Part shown: one piece after another, positions 63,935-64,000 of the stretch | Numbering within the stretch: the first letter of the stretch is position 1 | How the letters are laid out: the number at the start of each line of letters is the position of its first letter | Source of the DNA: a virus | Lineage: Duplodnaviria; Caudoviricetes | Reading direction: 5' to 3' (one strand) | Length of the DNA stretch: 64,000 nt | IMG/VR virus record: IMGVR_UViG_3300014205_000015 | Span: 1-64,000 of that record | The notes under the pieces: generated by a model | What the model was told of the DNA's origin: nothing | Seen by the model: only the letters and a program-made list of their open reading frames with translations | The model's database searches: none | Made by a program: the position numbers and the translations under genes

Positions 63935-64000
63935 CGATTACTTATTCATTTAGAACTATCAGATAGGAAAGCAAGAGAAATGAAAATCATTAGCTACGAA

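Noticed and set aside
1-64000. Genome-wide TAG recoding (alternative genetic code)
   Set aside because: Many genes end in TAG with tight coupling and long ORFs are intact under code 11; only one suggestive TAG (2792)

Overview
This 64-kb window is most of a tailed-phage genome (podovirus-like: terminase, portal, scaffold, capsid, tail tubular proteins, giant internal virion protein, tailspike). A Planctomycetota-like host is an inference from csrA and Cys-rich 'RRCCC' virion proteins. Layout: end of the tail module (1-8.6 kb, +); a leftward early region of small genes (8.6-20.3 kb); a rightward accessory region (20.6-31.1 kb); packaging and structural genes (31.1-61.8 kb); a recombination module (62-64 kb). 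The main finding is an RNA-guided-looking module at 28.8-31.1 kb: a Cas7/RAMP-like gene flanked by two arrays (6 + 12 units) with strict 5-nt periodicity, i.e. a fixed triplet (mostly GGY) alternating with a variable dinucleotide. Reading only the variable dinucleotides as codon positions 1-2 gives recognisable protein motifs. Two match a relative of this phage's own terL, one a relative of the Cas7-like gene, and others a patatin nucleophile motif (GTSTGGIIA), a primase zinc ribbon (PCPxCGGVDRF) and an AlpA/excisionase-like C-terminus. This points to a wobble-skipping, non-contiguous guide code aimed at competing elements. From memory the architecture resembles phage 'VIPR' systems; I could not verify that here. 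Other findings: a type II hammerhead and a twister ribozyme between early genes, a two-copy unknown RNA motif in the same context, a QueD + TGT-fold DNA-modification cassette bounded by direct repeats, two atypical tRNA-like RNAs, a six-copy 16-bp palindrome, and mucin-like virion proteins next to a ppGalNAc-T-like glycosyltransferase. All calls are by-eye; no database searches or folding programs were run.
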